DNA from: Verrucomicrobiota bacterium
Lineage (GTDB): Bacteria; Verrucomicrobiota; Verrucomicrobiia; Chthoniobacterales; Chthoniobacteraceae
NCBI GenBank assembly: GCA_041159065.1
Contig: JBEBAG010000288.1
Location: 380-64,379 of the forward strand
Direction of reading: 5' to 3'
DNA length: 64,000 bases
Shown here: positions 9,163 to 19,592 of the stretch, piece by piece
Layout: each line of letters starts with the position of its first letter
Numbering within the stretch: position 1 is the stretch's first letter
Position numbers and translations under genes: made by a program
Notes under the pieces: generated by a model
What the model was told of the DNA's origin: nothing
Database searches by the model: none
Seen by the model: only the letters and a program-made list of their open reading frames with translations

Positions 9163-10652
9163 GCGCCCACCCCCTTCTTGATTTCCTTGAGCCGTGCGAA
9201 TTCGGGGCGGTTTTTGTAATACTCATCGAGCGGGTAGCAGCCGCTCAGAATCCCGTTTCGGGGAGCCGTGGTGCATTCGCTGAAGGTGCGGCAGATGAAT
9301 TTGGTTTCGACGGAGCCGGTGGTGGCGGCGGCTTGGAGGAAGGCCGGGTAGGACAGGACCATCCGGCCCATGCCGATGAGGTCGACCCAGCCCTCGCGCA
9401 GGACGGCCTGGGCTACATGCGGCAGGTACTCCTGCAGGTAGCTGTAGGCGGAACCGACCACGAGCAGGCTGCGGGGCGCGGCCTGGCGGACGGTCCGCAC
9501 CGCGTGGATCTGGCGGGCGACGTCGATCAGCGGATCGTGGGCGGGCTGGTAGCCGTCGCTGGGCGGGTAGGCCGCCGGACGCTGGATGTGCGGGGTGTAG
9601 TAGGGGGAACCGGCGCTGGTGTTGAGGATCTTCACCCCCAAATCCGCGGCCAGTTGCACGAAGCGCAGGGTTTCGGTGAGGTCGGCCTCGAGCGGGTTGT
9701 CGGGGTTCAGTCCAAATCCGAAGCGATAGGGCAGGCAGTGGGAAAACTCCTCGGGAATGCCCGGGCCCAGTTTCCCGGGTTGGGAGAGGGCGGGATCGGG
9801 CCGGTGGGGGATGGTGTCAAAGAGGCTCAGGCGGATGCCCAGATCGATCGGGTTCCGATCGGCACGGATGCCCTCCACGATCTCCCGCAGCAGCCGGGTG
9901 CGGTTTTCAAAGGATCCTCCGTATTTGCCAGGGCGGGTGTGGGCGCCGAGGAACTCATGGAGGAGGTAGCCGTGGCAGTGCTTGAGATCCACAAAGTCCG
10001 CGCCGGATTCCCAGGCCAGGCGCGCCGCTCGCACGTAGCACCGGACCAACTCCTCGAGTTCGGTGTCGGTGAAAACCTGCGAGTCGCAGGTGACGTTGAA
10101 TTTCGCGTCCAAGATCGGGTGACGGAAGGCGATGCGGGACTCCCAGCGTTTCTTGTCATTGGGCCGGCAGAAACGGCCGCTGTGGGTGAGTTGGAAACCG
10201 AGGACGAGGTCGGAATCGGTGCCGTAGCGTTCGCGGTGGGCGGACTTGAGGATCGTGACGAGTCCGGCGATGTCGGGCTGATTTTTTGCGTTGAGGATGA
10301 GCTGGTTGGGATTGGCGCGGCCGTCCTCCCGCACGGCCATGGCTTCGGCGCCGCAGATGAGCTTGGCGCCACTTTCTCCGAAGCGTTTCCAGCGGCGGCG
10401 CATTTCCTCGGACGCGCCGCCGGTGGGGGTGCCGTCCCAGCCCTCCATGGGGTGGATGGCGATGCGGTTGCCCGGGGTTTTGCCGTTGATGGAGACGGGC
10501 GGGAGGGGGGCGAGGAGGGGGGTGTGGGGGGCCTGGAGGATGGAGTCGTCGCAGGGGAGTTCGATTTGGAGGGACTGGAGGTGGGCCCTGAAATCGGCTG
10601 GGGATTTGAGGGAGGCGATGCGGGTGAGTTTGAAGGGAGGCGAGGCGAGCAT
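9159..10652 (-). CDS. NADH:flavin oxidoreductase, Old Yellow Enzyme family, with a C-terminal extension
   Basis: HCHGYLLHEFLGAHTRPGKYGGSFENRTRLLREIVEGIR, GADFVDLKHCHG, DLIGMGRMVLSYP are typical OYE/FMN TIM-barrel blocks. About 100 extra C-terminal residues contain C-x5-C-x13-C. Confidence 0.85.
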   Translation of the reverse strand: MLASPPFKLTRIASLKSPADFRAHLQSLQIELPCDDSILQAPHTPLLAPLPPVSINGKTPGNRIAIHPMEGWDGTPTGGASEEMRRRWKRFGESGAKLICGAEAMAVREDGRANPNQLILNAKNQPDIAGLVTILKSAHRERYGTDSDLVLGFQLTHSGRFCRPNDKKRWESRIAFRHPILDAKFNVTCDSQVFTDTELEELVRCYVRAARLAWESGADFVDLKHCHGYLLHEFLGAHTRPGKYGGSFENRTRLLREIVEGIRADRNPIDLGIRLSLFDTIPHRPDPALSQPGKLGPGIPEEFSHCLPYRFGFGLNPDNPLEADLTETLRFVQLAADLGVKILNTSAGSPYYTPHIQRPAAYPPSDGYQPAHDPLIDVARQIHAVRTVRQAAPRSLLVVGSAYSYLQEYLPHVAQAVLREGWVDLIGMGRMVLSYPAFLQAAATTGSVETKFICRTFSECTTAPRNGILSGCYPLDEYYKNRPEFARLKEIKKGVGA

Positions 10653-10811
10653 GGGATCGGGTGGGTGTGGGGGGGAGTGTGCGGGAGGTTTGGGTATTTG
10701 TAAAAAATGGGTTTATGATTGCTAGGATCGGAAATTTTGATGCTTGTGGCGCTCGGGGGCGGGGCGGATTCCAGGCGTTGCAGCCGGGCCGGGCGCGGGC
10801 AGAGTGGAGCG

Positions 10812-12128
10812 ATGGGTTCTCCTGTTTCTTCGATGCCAGCCCGGAGGGTGCTGATGGGGTTTGTGCTGTCGCTCACGGCGATCGCGTATCTGGACCGGGT
10901 GTGCATTTCCGCGGCGAAGCCCGCGATGAAGGAGGCGTTGGGGTTGAGTGATATCCAGATGGGGTACGCCTTTAGCGCGTTTACGTTTGCCTACGCGCTT
11001 TTTGAGGTTCCGAGCGGCTGGCTGGCGGACCGTTTCGGGCCGCGGCTGATGCTGACGCGGATTGTGGTTTGGTGGTCGCTGATGACGGCGCTGACGGGGG
11101 CGGCCTCGGGTTTTGCGTCGCTGGTGGTGGTCCGGTTGCTGTTTGGGATCGGGGAGGCGGGGATGTTTCCGGGGCTGGCGCGGGCGTTTGCCGCGTGGAT
11201 TCCGGGGCGCTCGCATGGGGCGGTGTTTGGGCTTTCGATCACGGCGGCGCTGATGTCGGGGGCGTTGACGCAGAAGTTGGTGGTGGGGCTGCTGGGGGTG
11301 ATGAGCTGGAGGTGGACGTTTCCGATGTTTGGGGCGGTGGGGATGGTGTGGGCGGTGGGGTGGTATCGGTGGTTTCGGAATGATCCCGCGGCGCATCCCG
11401 GGTTGAACGTTGCGGAACGGGAGGCGCTCGGAAGGGAGCGCGAGGCCGCGGGGGAGGCGTCCCGGGGATCGGTTCCGTGGGCGAGGATGCTGCGGAGCCG
11501 TTCGTTGGGGGCCCTTTGCGTCGTCTATTTCGGGATCATCTACGGCTGGTATTTTTACCTGACGTGGATGCCGGATTACCTCCAGCGCGCCCACGGGTTG
11601 AGCAAGGATGCGGCGGCGAGTTATTCGGCGTTGCCGTTGGTGGCGATGGCTGTGGCCGTTCTCGGCGGGGGCTACTGGAGCGATGCGCTGTGCCGGCGCT
11701 GGGGGCTGCGTCGGGGGCGGCGGGCGTTGGGGCTTGTATCCCTGCCCCTCGCGGCGCTGGCGGTTTCGGGTGCGGCGTGGGTGCGAAGCGGTCCGGCTGC
11801 CGCGCTCTTGCTTTCTCTGGCCGCGGGGCTGGCCTCCCTGTCCGTGGGGTCGGCATGGGCCGCGACGCTCGATCTGGGGGGGCGGCATGCCGGGGTGGTG
11901 AGTGGCGCGATGAATATGTTGGGGAACCTGGGCGGAGCGCTGAGTCCCGTGGTGGTAGGGCACTGCGTGGAACGTTGGAGCCGGAGCGATGCGTGGTTTG
12001 CATGGCATGCGCCGATCCTGAGTACGGCGGCGGGCTACCTCTTGTCCTTCGGGTGTTGGATGCTGATTGATGCCGGAACCCCTTTGTTTGGGGAGGCTCC
12101 CGCCGGGCCCCGGACGGATCGGCAGTAG
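10812..12128 (+). CDS. MFS transporter, anion:cation symporter (hexuronate/sugar-acid type) subfamily
   Basis: Track ORF 10719-12128, trimmed to ATG 10812 (GGAG 8 nt upstream; ATG 10833 is also possible). Polytopic hydrophobic profile; signature PSGWLADRFGPRLMLTRIVVWWS. Divergent from the oxidoreductase operon. Confidence 0.85.
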   Translation: MGSPVSSMPARRVLMGFVLSLTAIAYLDRVCISAAKPAMKEALGLSDIQMGYAFSAFTFAYALFEVPSGWLADRFGPRLMLTRIVVWWSLMTALTGAASGFASLVVVRLLFGIGEAGMFPGLARAFAAWIPGRSHGAVFGLSITAALMSGALTQKLVVGLLGVMSWRWTFPMFGAVGMVWAVGWYRWFRNDPAAHPGLNVAEREALGREREAAGEASRGSVPWARMLRSRSLGALCVVYFGIIYGWYFYLTWMPDYLQRAHGLSKDAAASYSALPLVAMAVAVLGGGYWSDALCRRWGLRRGRRALGLVSLPLAALAVSGAAWVRSGPAAALLLSLAAGLASLSVGSAWAATLDLGGRHAGVVSGAMNMLGNLGGALSPVVVGHCVERWSRSDAWFAWHAPILSTAAGYLLSFGCWMLIDAGTPLFGEAPAGPRTDRQ

Positions 12129-12277
12129 GGGGGGGTGCGGGCGGAGGGTCCGAGCACAGGCGGCCTTCCGCAGGAAGGTTCAGCGACGGGATCGCGAGAA
12201 AAAGGGGAGCCTTTGAAAAAAAGTCTGTCCCCGTTTGGAAGGAATCCGGGACGAAGACATGAACTCTCCCCCTCCCG

Positions 12278-14962
12278 ATGCGGTACCCCTCCCTTTCCTC
12301 CCTGTTGGTCGGATTTTTGGCGACGCAGGCTTTGGCGGCTCCTCCCAAGGCGGAGCTGGATCTCCGGCATCGGAAGCTTCTGGAGACGTATTGTCAGGAG
12401 TGCCACGGGCCGGAGAAGCAGAAGGGCAAGTTCCGGGTGGATGATCTTTCCTTCTCCCTCGCCGACGCCCACACGGCGGAGCGGTGGCAGAAGGTGCTGG
12501 ATGCGCTCAATGCGGGGGAAATGCCGCCGGAGGGGGAAAAGCCGCTGCCCGGGCAGGGGAAGGCCGATTTGCTGGAGGATCTGGCAAACACGCTGGTGGC
12601 GGCCCGGAAGAGTCTGAGTGACCAGCACGGGCGCATCGCCTTGCGCCGTCTCAATCAGCGGGAGCTCAAGAACACGCTCCGCGCCTTGCTCGGGGTGGAT
12701 GCGGAGGTGAGCGATTTGCCGTCGGACGTGGAAGCCAACCGGTTCGACACGGTGGGTGCGAACCTGTTCATGTCGGGCAACCAGTTCGAGCAGTACGAGG
12801 AAGTGGCGCGCGAGGCGCTGAACGAGGCGGCCGTGCTTTACGCGGCGAAGGGGGTGCAGAAACAGTTCCGGTTCGAGGCGGAGACGACCGTCAAGGCGAT
12901 CTCGGACTACTACAGCGAGGCCAAAGACGCCTACGAGCGGGCGCAGGCGTGGGTGAAGGGGGTCGAGGAGGCGGCCGCCAAACCCGAGAACGCGGAGATT
13001 GTGGCGGAGTTGCGCAAGAATTCCAAAAACGACGCCTTCTTCCGCCGGGCATGGGCCAAGATCCCGGGAGCACCCGCGCCGGAGTCGTTTGGTTTTCAGA
13101 CCAACGAGAACAACGCGGACAAGGCCAACCGCGCCTACTCCATGTGGCCAGGAGAGTACGCCTACACCAAACGCTACCTGGACCTGCCCGCGCTGGACAC
13201 GGGTGCCTACCTAGCCATCACCGACATCGATGGCGGCCGCAATGGCTCGTTCTTCATCCGGTTTCCCGGGGATTTTCCTCCGGGCGACTATCGGATCCGG
13301 ATTCGGGCCGGGCTGACCCCGCACGCCACGCCGGAGCGGAGTTTCATCGACTTCGGGTTCAAAGGGCGGGGGCGTCCGATCACGTCGGTGCACGAGGTGC
13401 GGGGTACGGTGGAGGCGCCTGAGATCATCGAGATCTCCTTTCACCGCAGTTGGAGGCAGCGGGACCAGAATCAGAACGCGCTCTACATTCGGGAGCGCGG
13501 CACGGCGGATACCTTCGAGCGGCTGAAATTCAAGCAGGGGCAGGGTCGGAAGGAGAACGGGATCGGGCTTGAACCGGCGATCTGGGTGGACTGGATCGAC
13601 GTGGAGCGCGTTCCAGAGGCCGATGATGCCGTGCCGCCGGGGATCCGTGCGCTGCAAATTCCACTCGACGACAAGCAGGCGCCGCCGAAGCCGGAGGCTC
13701 TGCGGGCGGCCCTGGAGCGGTTTGCGTTCGAGGCGTTTCGTGGGGTATCGCCGACGGAGCGGTACGTGGACCGTTTGATGGCCCTGTACGCCGAATCGCG
13801 TGCGGGAGGTGCCAAGCACAGCGTGGCGCTTCGGGACACGCTCGCGGTGGTGCTGGCTTCGCCCAAGTTCCTGTATCGCGCGGAACCGGCCCCGGCGGAG
13901 ATTCGCCGTCCACTGCACGGGCCGGAGTTGGCGATGCGGCTCTCGTATTTCCTGTGGGGCGCGCCGCCGGATGCGACGCTGGTGGAGAAGGGGCGGAGCG
14001 GCGAACTGCTGAAGCCCGAGGTGCTCCACGCGGAGACGAACCGGCTCCTGGATGACCCTCGCTCCATGGATTTTGTACGGCCTTTTGCGCGGCAGTGGCT
14101 GAACCTGGATCGGCTCGACTTCTTTCAGTTCAACCCGGTGTTGTATCCCCGCTTCGATTACGCCATCCAACACTCGGTCAAGCAGGAGGTGTACGAGTCG
14201 CTGGCGCTGCTTTTGAGGGAGAACGGAAGTGTGCGCAACCTGCTCAAGGCGGACTACGTGGTGGTGAATAGTGCCCTCGCCCGCTTCTACGGGATCGAGG
14301 GGGTGCACGGGGACGCATTCCGGAAAGTGCCGGTCCCGGCGGGGGCGCCGCGCGGCGGATTCTTGGGGATGTCGGCGGTCCTGGCGATGGGGAGCAATGG
14401 GGAGCACACGAGCCCCGTCGAGCGCGGAGCGTGGGTGTTGCGGAAGGTGCTGAACGAACCCCCACCGCCGGCCCCCGCAAACGTGCCGGCGCTCGCGCGG
14501 CTTGCAGGAAAAGTGCTCACCACCAAGGAACGCGTCCTCGCGCATCAGGAGTCTCCGCAGTGCGCGAGCTGCCATCGCAAAATTGATCCGATCGGATTCG
14601 GACTGGAGAATTTTGACGCGGCGGGACTGTGGCGGACGGAGGACACCTACCAAGTGCTGGATGACCACGGGAAACCGGTGCCGAACGCCAAAAAGACTTG
14701 GACCATTGATCCTTCCGGAGCCTTTCACCGGGGGCCGGCATTCCAGAATTTCATGGAGCTCCGCGACGTGGTTGCGACCCGGGGCGATGCGTTCTCCCGT
14801 GGCCTGGCCTCTGCTCTTATTGAATACGGTTTGGGGCGGCCTTGTGGCTTCAGCGATGAGCCTCTCGTCGAATCCCTCGTGTCTCACGCCAAGCAACGGG
14901 ACTTCGCCTTCCGGGAATTTTTGCACGCCCTGATTCAAAGCGAACCCTTTCACCACAAATAA
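12278..14962 (+). CDS. secreted DUF1592-family protein (PSCyt/DUF1587/DUF1592/DUF1595/DUF1588/DUF1585 architecture)
   Basis: Signal peptide [20 protein letters not shown]. Heme-c-type motif [20 protein letters not shown]-terminal [25 protein letters not shown] and [10 protein letters not shown] blocks are typical of this planctomycete-type family. Confidence 0.85.
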   Translation: MRYPSLSSLLVGFLATQALAAPPKAELDLRHRKLLETYCQECHGPEKQKGKFRVDDLSFSLADAHTAERWQKVLDALNAGEMPPEGEKPLPGQGKADLLEDLANTLVAARKSLSDQHGRIALRRLNQRELKNTLRALLGVDAEVSDLPSDVEANRFDTVGANLFMSGNQFEQYEEVAREALNEAAVLYAAKGVQKQFRFEAETTVKAISDYYSEAKDAYERAQAWVKGVEEAAAKPENAEIVAELRKNSKNDAFFRRAWAKIPGAPAPESFGFQTNENNADKANRAYSMWPGEYAYTKRYLDLPALDTGAYLAITDIDGGRNGSFFIRFPGDFPPGDYRIRIRAGLTPHATPERSFIDFGFKGRGRPITSVHEVRGTVEAPEIIEISFHRSWRQRDQNQNALYIRERGTADTFERLKFKQGQGRKENGIGLEPAIWVDWIDVERVPEADDAVPPGIRALQIPLDDKQAPPKPEALRAALERFAFEAFRGVSPTERYVDRLMALYAESRAGGAKHSVALRDTLAVVLASPKFLYRAEPAPAEIRRPLHGPELAMRLSYFLWGAPPDATLVEKGRSGELLKPEVLHAETNRLLDDPRSMDFVRPFARQWLNLDRLDFFQFNPVLYPRFDYAIQHSVKQEVYESLALLLRENGSVRNLLKADYVVVNSALARFYGIEGVHGDAFRKVPVPAGAPRGGFLGMSAVLAMGSNGEHTSPVERGAWVLRKVLNEPPPPAPANVPALARLAGKVLTTKERVLAHQESPQCASCHRKIDPIGFGLENFDAAGLWRTEDTYQVLDDHGKPVPNAKKTWTIDPSGAFHRGPAFQNFMELRDVVATRGDAFSRGLASALIEYGLGRPCGFSDEPLVESLVSHAKQRDFAFREFLHALIQSEPFHHK

Positions 14963-14972
14963 CCCAGTCCCC

Positions 14973-16268
14973 ATGAGCCTCCCCTCCTCCCGCCGTCATT
15001 TCCTCCGTTCCAGCACCGCGCTCATCGCGCTTCCTTTTCTGGAATCCCTCGGATTTCGCCGCTTTGCTTCCGCGGCGGCTGCCGCAGGGCGCCCCAAGCG
15101 CCTCGTGTTTCTCGGTCTCGGCTGGGGACTCACCACGGAGACGTGGTTTCCCGACGCGCAGCAGCCCGGGGCCGACTACGTGCTGCCCAAGGGCCTCGAG
15201 CCGCTGGCCCGGCACAAGGCGGACTTTTCGGTGCTGCAAGGGCTGACCAACCGTTTGGTGAACGCCGGACATCAGGGCAGTACCTTCTGGCTCACCGGCG
15301 CCAACCAGCTCGCCATCCCCGGGAAGAGCTTCCACAACACCATTTCGGCCGATCAGGTCGCTGCGGCGCACTTCGGGCGCGACACCCGCTTCACCTCGCT
15401 GCAGCTCGACTGTGGGACTTACGCGGGAAATTCCGGACACGGCCCGGGGCTTTCGCTGGCGTGGGATGCTTCCGGCAAGCCCGTTGCGGGCCACAAGAAT
15501 CCCGTCGAGGCGTTTCACCGGCTCTTCTCCGGGGACGATATGCCGCTCGAAAAACGCAAGGCGCTGCTCAAGCGGCGGCAGAGTGTATTGGACACGGTTT
15601 TGGAGGATGCGCACGACATGCGCCGCGGGCTGGGCAAGGACGACAACGCCAAGCTGGAGGAGTATTTCGAGGGCATCCGGGACATCGAGACGCGGCTGAG
15701 CAAGGACGAGCGCTGGCTGGAGGTGGAGCGTCCGAAGGCGCCGATCTCCGAGCCCAAGCCGGGGTTGGCTGGGTACAAGGAGATCGAGCTGATGTACGAC
15801 ATCTTGGTGGCTGCACTGCGGACGGATTCGACGCGGGTGGTGGGCTATCGGCAGCCGGTGGATACGCTGCTTACGAGCTTGGACATCAAGGTGGCTCCGC
15901 ACGACATGAGCCACTACCACAGCACCATGGGCGAGAAGCTGGACGCCTCGCAGCGCCGGGATATTGCGAATAGCGAGCTGCTTGCGGGGCTCATCGACAA
16001 GCTCAAGGCGGCGCGTGAACCCGATGGTTCGAGCCTCTTTGACCACACCACGATCGCCTTCGGGACGAACACGCGCACCGAACACAATGGCGACAATTGC
16101 CCCACGCTCCTCGCCGGGCACGGGGCCGGACTGAAGATGGGGCACAACCTCGTGCTCCCCAAGGACACGCCCCTCTGCAACGCGTGGCTCACCCTGCTGC
16201 AGGGCTCCGGCGTGCCCGTGGAGCGGCATGGGGACAGCACGGGACCGCTCAAGGAGTTGCTTGCCTAG
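14973..16268 (+). CDS. DUF1552 domain protein (Tat-exported partner of the DUF1592-family protein)
   Basis: Twin-arginine N-terminus SRRHFLRSSTALIALPFLESL. Starts 10 nt after the preceding stop. Paralogous to the protein at 58633-59913 (SRRSFLQASGIVLALPWLDAM). Confidence 0.85.
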   Translation: MSLPSSRRHFLRSSTALIALPFLESLGFRRFASAAAAAGRPKRLVFLGLGWGLTTETWFPDAQQPGADYVLPKGLEPLARHKADFSVLQGLTNRLVNAGHQGSTFWLTGANQLAIPGKSFHNTISADQVAAAHFGRDTRFTSLQLDCGTYAGNSGHGPGLSLAWDASGKPVAGHKNPVEAFHRLFSGDDMPLEKRKALLKRRQSVLDTVLEDAHDMRRGLGKDDNAKLEEYFEGIRDIETRLSKDERWLEVERPKAPISEPKPGLAGYKEIELMYDILVAALRTDSTRVVGYRQPVDTLLTSLDIKVAPHDMSHYHSTMGEKLDASQRRDIANSELLAGLIDKLKAAREPDGSSLFDHTTIAFGTNTRTEHNGDNCPTLLAGHGAGLKMGHNLVLPKDTPLCNAWLTLLQGSGVPVERHGDSTGPLKELLA

Positions 16269-16300
16269 GCCCCGTCCGGATTGGTGATTTGAGCGGCCCC

Positions 16301-16855
16301 ATGGATCCCACCCTTCCCCAACGCCTGAATGAGGCGGCTGCCGGCTTCATCCGGGACCGCCACCTGCTGGGGGCCTTTGTGGGGGGGCTGCTCCGGGACG
16401 CGCATGCGGCCGAGGACGTGCTCCAGGAGGTGTGGCTCCGTCTCGCGGCGGAGCTGGAAAAAGGCACGGTGATTGAGAACCAGCCGGCCTGGTGTCGCGG
16501 GGTGGCGCGGAACCTGATCCGGAGACACTGGGAGAAGATTCAGCGGGGCCGAAGCCCGAGGGAAATCAATGCCCTCGAGGAGTTTCTGGACCGTATCGAC
16601 CATTGCTTCCAGTCCGCCGATGGAGAGCCCAGTTACGCCACGGCGCGGATTGCGGCCTTGGATGAGTGCGTGGAGACGCTGCCGGAACGGTCGCGGCGTC
16701 TGCTTTCGCTGAAGTACACGAGGGGCGAGGCCGTGGAGGCGATTGCCGCCGAGATGGGGCAGTCGTTTGAGACCGTCAAAAAGGCGCTGGTTCGGATCCG
16801 GGCGGGTCTGCACGAGTGCGTACGCCAAAAGCTCGCCCGGGAGGAATGGAGATGA
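16301..16855 (+). CDS. ECF-type RNA polymerase sigma-70 family factor
   Basis: Track ORF 16097-16855, trimmed to ATG 16301 (MDPTLPQRL...). Region 2 DVLQEVWLRLAAE; region 4 HTH RSRRLLSLKYTRGEAVEAIAAEMGQSFETVKKALVRIRAGL. Confidence 0.85.
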   Translation: MDPTLPQRLNEAAAGFIRDRHLLGAFVGGLLRDAHAAEDVLQEVWLRLAAELEKGTVIENQPAWCRGVARNLIRRHWEKIQRGRSPREINALEEFLDRIDHCFQSADGEPSYATARIAALDECVETLPERSRRLLSLKYTRGEAVEAIAAEMGQSFETVKKALVRIRAGLHECVRQKLAREEWR

Positions 16856-17862
16856 AGGACGATGGGATCCAGACGTGGGATGCCTTGGAGCGCTGGGAGG
16901 CGGGGACCCTTGAGGTGGAGGCGCTGGAGGAGCTGAACCGGGCCTTGGATTCGGAGGACGCACGGCGCAGGGTGCTCGACCAGTGGCTGATCGACAGGGC
17001 CCTTCCCCAAGCGCTGGCCAAGGCGACGATCCGCGACACCCATCAGCAGGAGACGGCCCCGCAGGGGGGGCATGCGAACGTGGTTCGGGTTTCTCTGTGG
17101 AGGAGCAGTGCGTGGAGGACCCTGGGGGCGGCGGCAGCGGGCCTGGTGCTGGGCGCTTTTGGAGCCTCGCTCGTGTTCGCGAAAGTGGGGATGGGATCCA
17201 AGCGCATCACGCCGGTTTTGGAGGAAAGCTTTGAGTCGGGAGAGAACCCGCAGTCGACCGGCGTGCCGACGACGCCCGGGGTCTGGAGCGGGGACTTTGG
17301 CGCGGCGGTGGTGGAGCAGTCCGGGATCAAACCGCGCTCGGGGCAGCGGATGTTCCAGTTTCTGAGGGCGGACTACGAGGGGAAGCCTCCCCAGTTCAGC
17401 TACACCGGGGATCTCTATCGAATCATTGACCTGCAGGGGCAGGATCTGGGCTCGGGCGACTCGGAGACCCTGGTGGTGGCGGAGGGGAGCATCCGAAGCA
17501 TCCCTTTTCAGGAGAAGGGTCGCTACCGGGCTTCGCTCTGGCTTTGCGCGATGGACAAGATTCCGGCGTTTGACGGCGAGGGAGTCGTTTGGAGTTCCCA
17601 AAAACAGCGTTTCCCCGGCGCAGGGAACGCGTCGAGGGCTTCCGCGCACCGGGACCTCGTGCTGAGCAATGCGGGCAAGGAGTGGGAGAAATTGCGCGTC
17701 GAAATGCGGGTGCCCCCGGGGACGCGCTACCTGATGCTGAGCGTGCATGTGGCGGACGTTCTGGAGGGGCGCAATTCCAAGCGGGAGGGGGCCGTCGAAT
17801 TTCCCGGCCAATTTGTGGATGATGTGCGGATCTCGCTGGTGCGCGAGGTGCCGAGGAAGTGA
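16846..17862 (+). CDS. putative anti-sigma factor: short cytoplasmic domain, one TM, extracytoplasmic beta-rich domain
   Basis: The start overlaps the sigma stop (ATG 16846, or ATGA at 16852-16855). N-terminal helical region WDALERWEAGTLEVEALEELNRAL. TM WRTLGAAAAGLVLGAFGASLVFA. A C-terminal domain of about 200 aa ends ...FPGQFVDDVRISLV. The role is inferred from position and architecture. Confidence 0.6.
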   Translation: MEMKDDGIQTWDALERWEAGTLEVEALEELNRALDSEDARRRVLDQWLIDRALPQALAKATIRDTHQQETAPQGGHANVVRVSLWRSSAWRTLGAAAAGLVLGAFGASLVFAKVGMGSKRITPVLEESFESGENPQSTGVPTTPGVWSGDFGAAVVEQSGIKPRSGQRMFQFLRADYEGKPPQFSYTGDLYRIIDLQGQDLGSGDSETLVVAEGSIRSIPFQEKGRYRASLWLCAMDKIPAFDGEGVVWSSQKQRFPGAGNASRASAHRDLVLSNAGKEWEKLRVEMRVPPGTRYLMLSVHVADVLEGRNSKREGAVEFPGQFVDDVRISLVREVPRK

Positions 17863-18055
17863 GCGCGGCGGCGCCCCGGGGCACCGGGGTTGGCTGGAGG
17901 GCTGGAACTGGGCGGGGCTGGAGGCCTGATTCCTCCGAGGCATCGGGGGAACTCGGGGCGTTTTTATCCGATTGAAGGAGGCTCCCGGCACGCCTCATGC
18001 AGTCACTCGGGGGAAGCATCGGGCTTTCATTTCCCCCGTGCCCTCCTCATACCCC

Positions 18056-19501
18056 ATGAAAACCAGCCTCCTCTTGCGTCTCGCCTGGATCGGCTTCTGC
18101 GGCGCGCTTCTCTTCGCCTCCGTGTCCGCCTCCGAGGTCCCGCCCAGACTCCGCGCGGGGGCGGCTGCCGTGGATATCACGCCCACGGAATTTCCCCTCA
18201 ATATGCCGGGCGGCTTCTCGGCCAACGCCGCCACCTCCGCGCATGATCCCCTCCATGCGCGGGCCCTGGTTCTGGACGATGGCGCCACGAGCATCGCCGT
18301 CGTCGTGGTGGACACCCTGGGTGCAGGGCCCGAAGTGCTCGATGAGGCGAAGGCTCTGGCGTCCGAGCGGACGGGGATTCCGACCGCGCGGATGCTGGTG
18401 TGTTCCACCCACACGCATTCCGGTCCCGCGCATTCGAAGCAGGGCCCGCCCGCCGCCGTGGCCTACCGGAAGGTCTTCGTCGAAGGCATCACCCAGTCCA
18501 TCATTCAGGCGCACGCGGCATTGCAGCCCGCCGCCTTTGGAAGCGCCTCCCATCCCCTTCCCGACGAGGTTTTCAACCGCCGCTGGTACCTGCATCCCGG
18601 AAAAATGCCGCCCAATCCCTTCGGCAAATGGGACGCCGTCAAAACCAATCCCGGTACCAGTCCGGAGGTCCTTGACCGCCCCGCAGGCCCCACGGATCCC
18701 GATCTCTCCATCCTTTCCCTGCAGGATCCCAAGCGCAAACCGCTCGCCCTGTTTGCCAATTACGCCCTGCACTATGTCGGGGGTGCGCCGAAGGGCCAGG
18801 TCTCCGCCGACTACTTTGGCGAATTCGCGCGCCTCTTTCCGTCCCGGGTGCAGGGAGGTCCCGAGTTTGTGGCGATGATGTCCAACGGAGCGTCGGGCAA
18901 CATCAACAACCTTCCCTTCAAGGTCACCCGTCCCCCGCGAGAGCCCTTTGAGCAAATCCGCATCGTGGCGCAGAAGGCGGCGGACACGGCGTGGACCGCC
19001 TTTCGCAAAATTGAGAAGCACCGCAGCGATGTGCGGGTTGCCATGATCCAGCGCGAGGTGGCGCTGGCCTATCGCCGCCCGAGCGAGGAGCAGTTGGCCG
19101 AGGCGCGCTCCATCGTGGCCATCCGGGACAAGGCGGCCGTCGAACAGCTTCCCCACCTTGCCCAGAACTATGCGCGCAGCACGATCGGCGCGGCGGAACG
19201 CTCCGAGCCCACGCTCACCGTTCAACTTCAGGCCATCCGGATCGGCGACACGGCGCTCTGCGGAATCCCGTTTGAAACCTTCGTCGAAACCGGACTCGAG
19301 CTCAAAAAGCGCAGTCCCTTCCCGCACACCCTGGTCATCGGACTCGCCAATGGACGGCATGGCTACCTTCCGACGCCCGAGCAGCATGCGCTTGGCGGAT
19401 ACGAGACGTGGCTCGGCACCAACGTCGTGCAGGAAGACGCCTCCGAGATCCTCACCAAGCACCTGCTTGAGATGCTTGCGGAACTGCGCTCCCTCCCGTG
19501 A
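18056..19501 (+). CDS. secreted neutral/alkaline ceramidase N-terminal-domain-like hydrolase
   Basis: Track ORF 17972-19501, trimmed to ATG 18056 (signal peptide MKTSLLLRLAWIGFCGALLFASVSA). AAAVDITP, DPLHARALVLDDGATSIAVVVVDT and CSTHTHSGP resemble neutral ceramidase family blocks. Confidence 0.7.
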   Translation: MKTSLLLRLAWIGFCGALLFASVSASEVPPRLRAGAAAVDITPTEFPLNMPGGFSANAATSAHDPLHARALVLDDGATSIAVVVVDTLGAGPEVLDEAKALASERTGIPTARMLVCSTHTHSGPAHSKQGPPAAVAYRKVFVEGITQSIIQAHAALQPAAFGSASHPLPDEVFNRRWYLHPGKMPPNPFGKWDAVKTNPGTSPEVLDRPAGPTDPDLSILSLQDPKRKPLALFANYALHYVGGAPKGQVSADYFGEFARLFPSRVQGGPEFVAMMSNGASGNINNLPFKVTRPPREPFEQIRIVAQKAADTAWTAFRKIEKHRSDVRVAMIQREVALAYRRPSEEQLAEARSIVAIRDKAAVEQLPHLAQNYARSTIGAAERSEPTLTVQLQAIRIGDTALCGIPFETFVETGLELKKRSPFPHTLVIGLANGRHGYLPTPEQHALGGYETWLGTNVVQEDASEILTKHLLEMLAELRSLP

Positions 19502-19592
19502 GCCGTCGCGGTGCGGGATCCGCTGCGCAATTTGCAGTGCCGCTGCGCATTCCGCCCATTGCCCTCCCATGCTGGTTTTCCATAGTGCGCCC

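Noticed and set aside
9159-9400. C-terminal Cys residues of the OYE-family protein as a 4Fe-4S site like that in 2,4-dienoyl-CoA reductase
   Set aside because: Only three Cys are present (FICRTFSEC...x13...GC), with spacing that does not match the C-x2-C-x3-C-x11-C pattern I remember. The evidence is insufficient.
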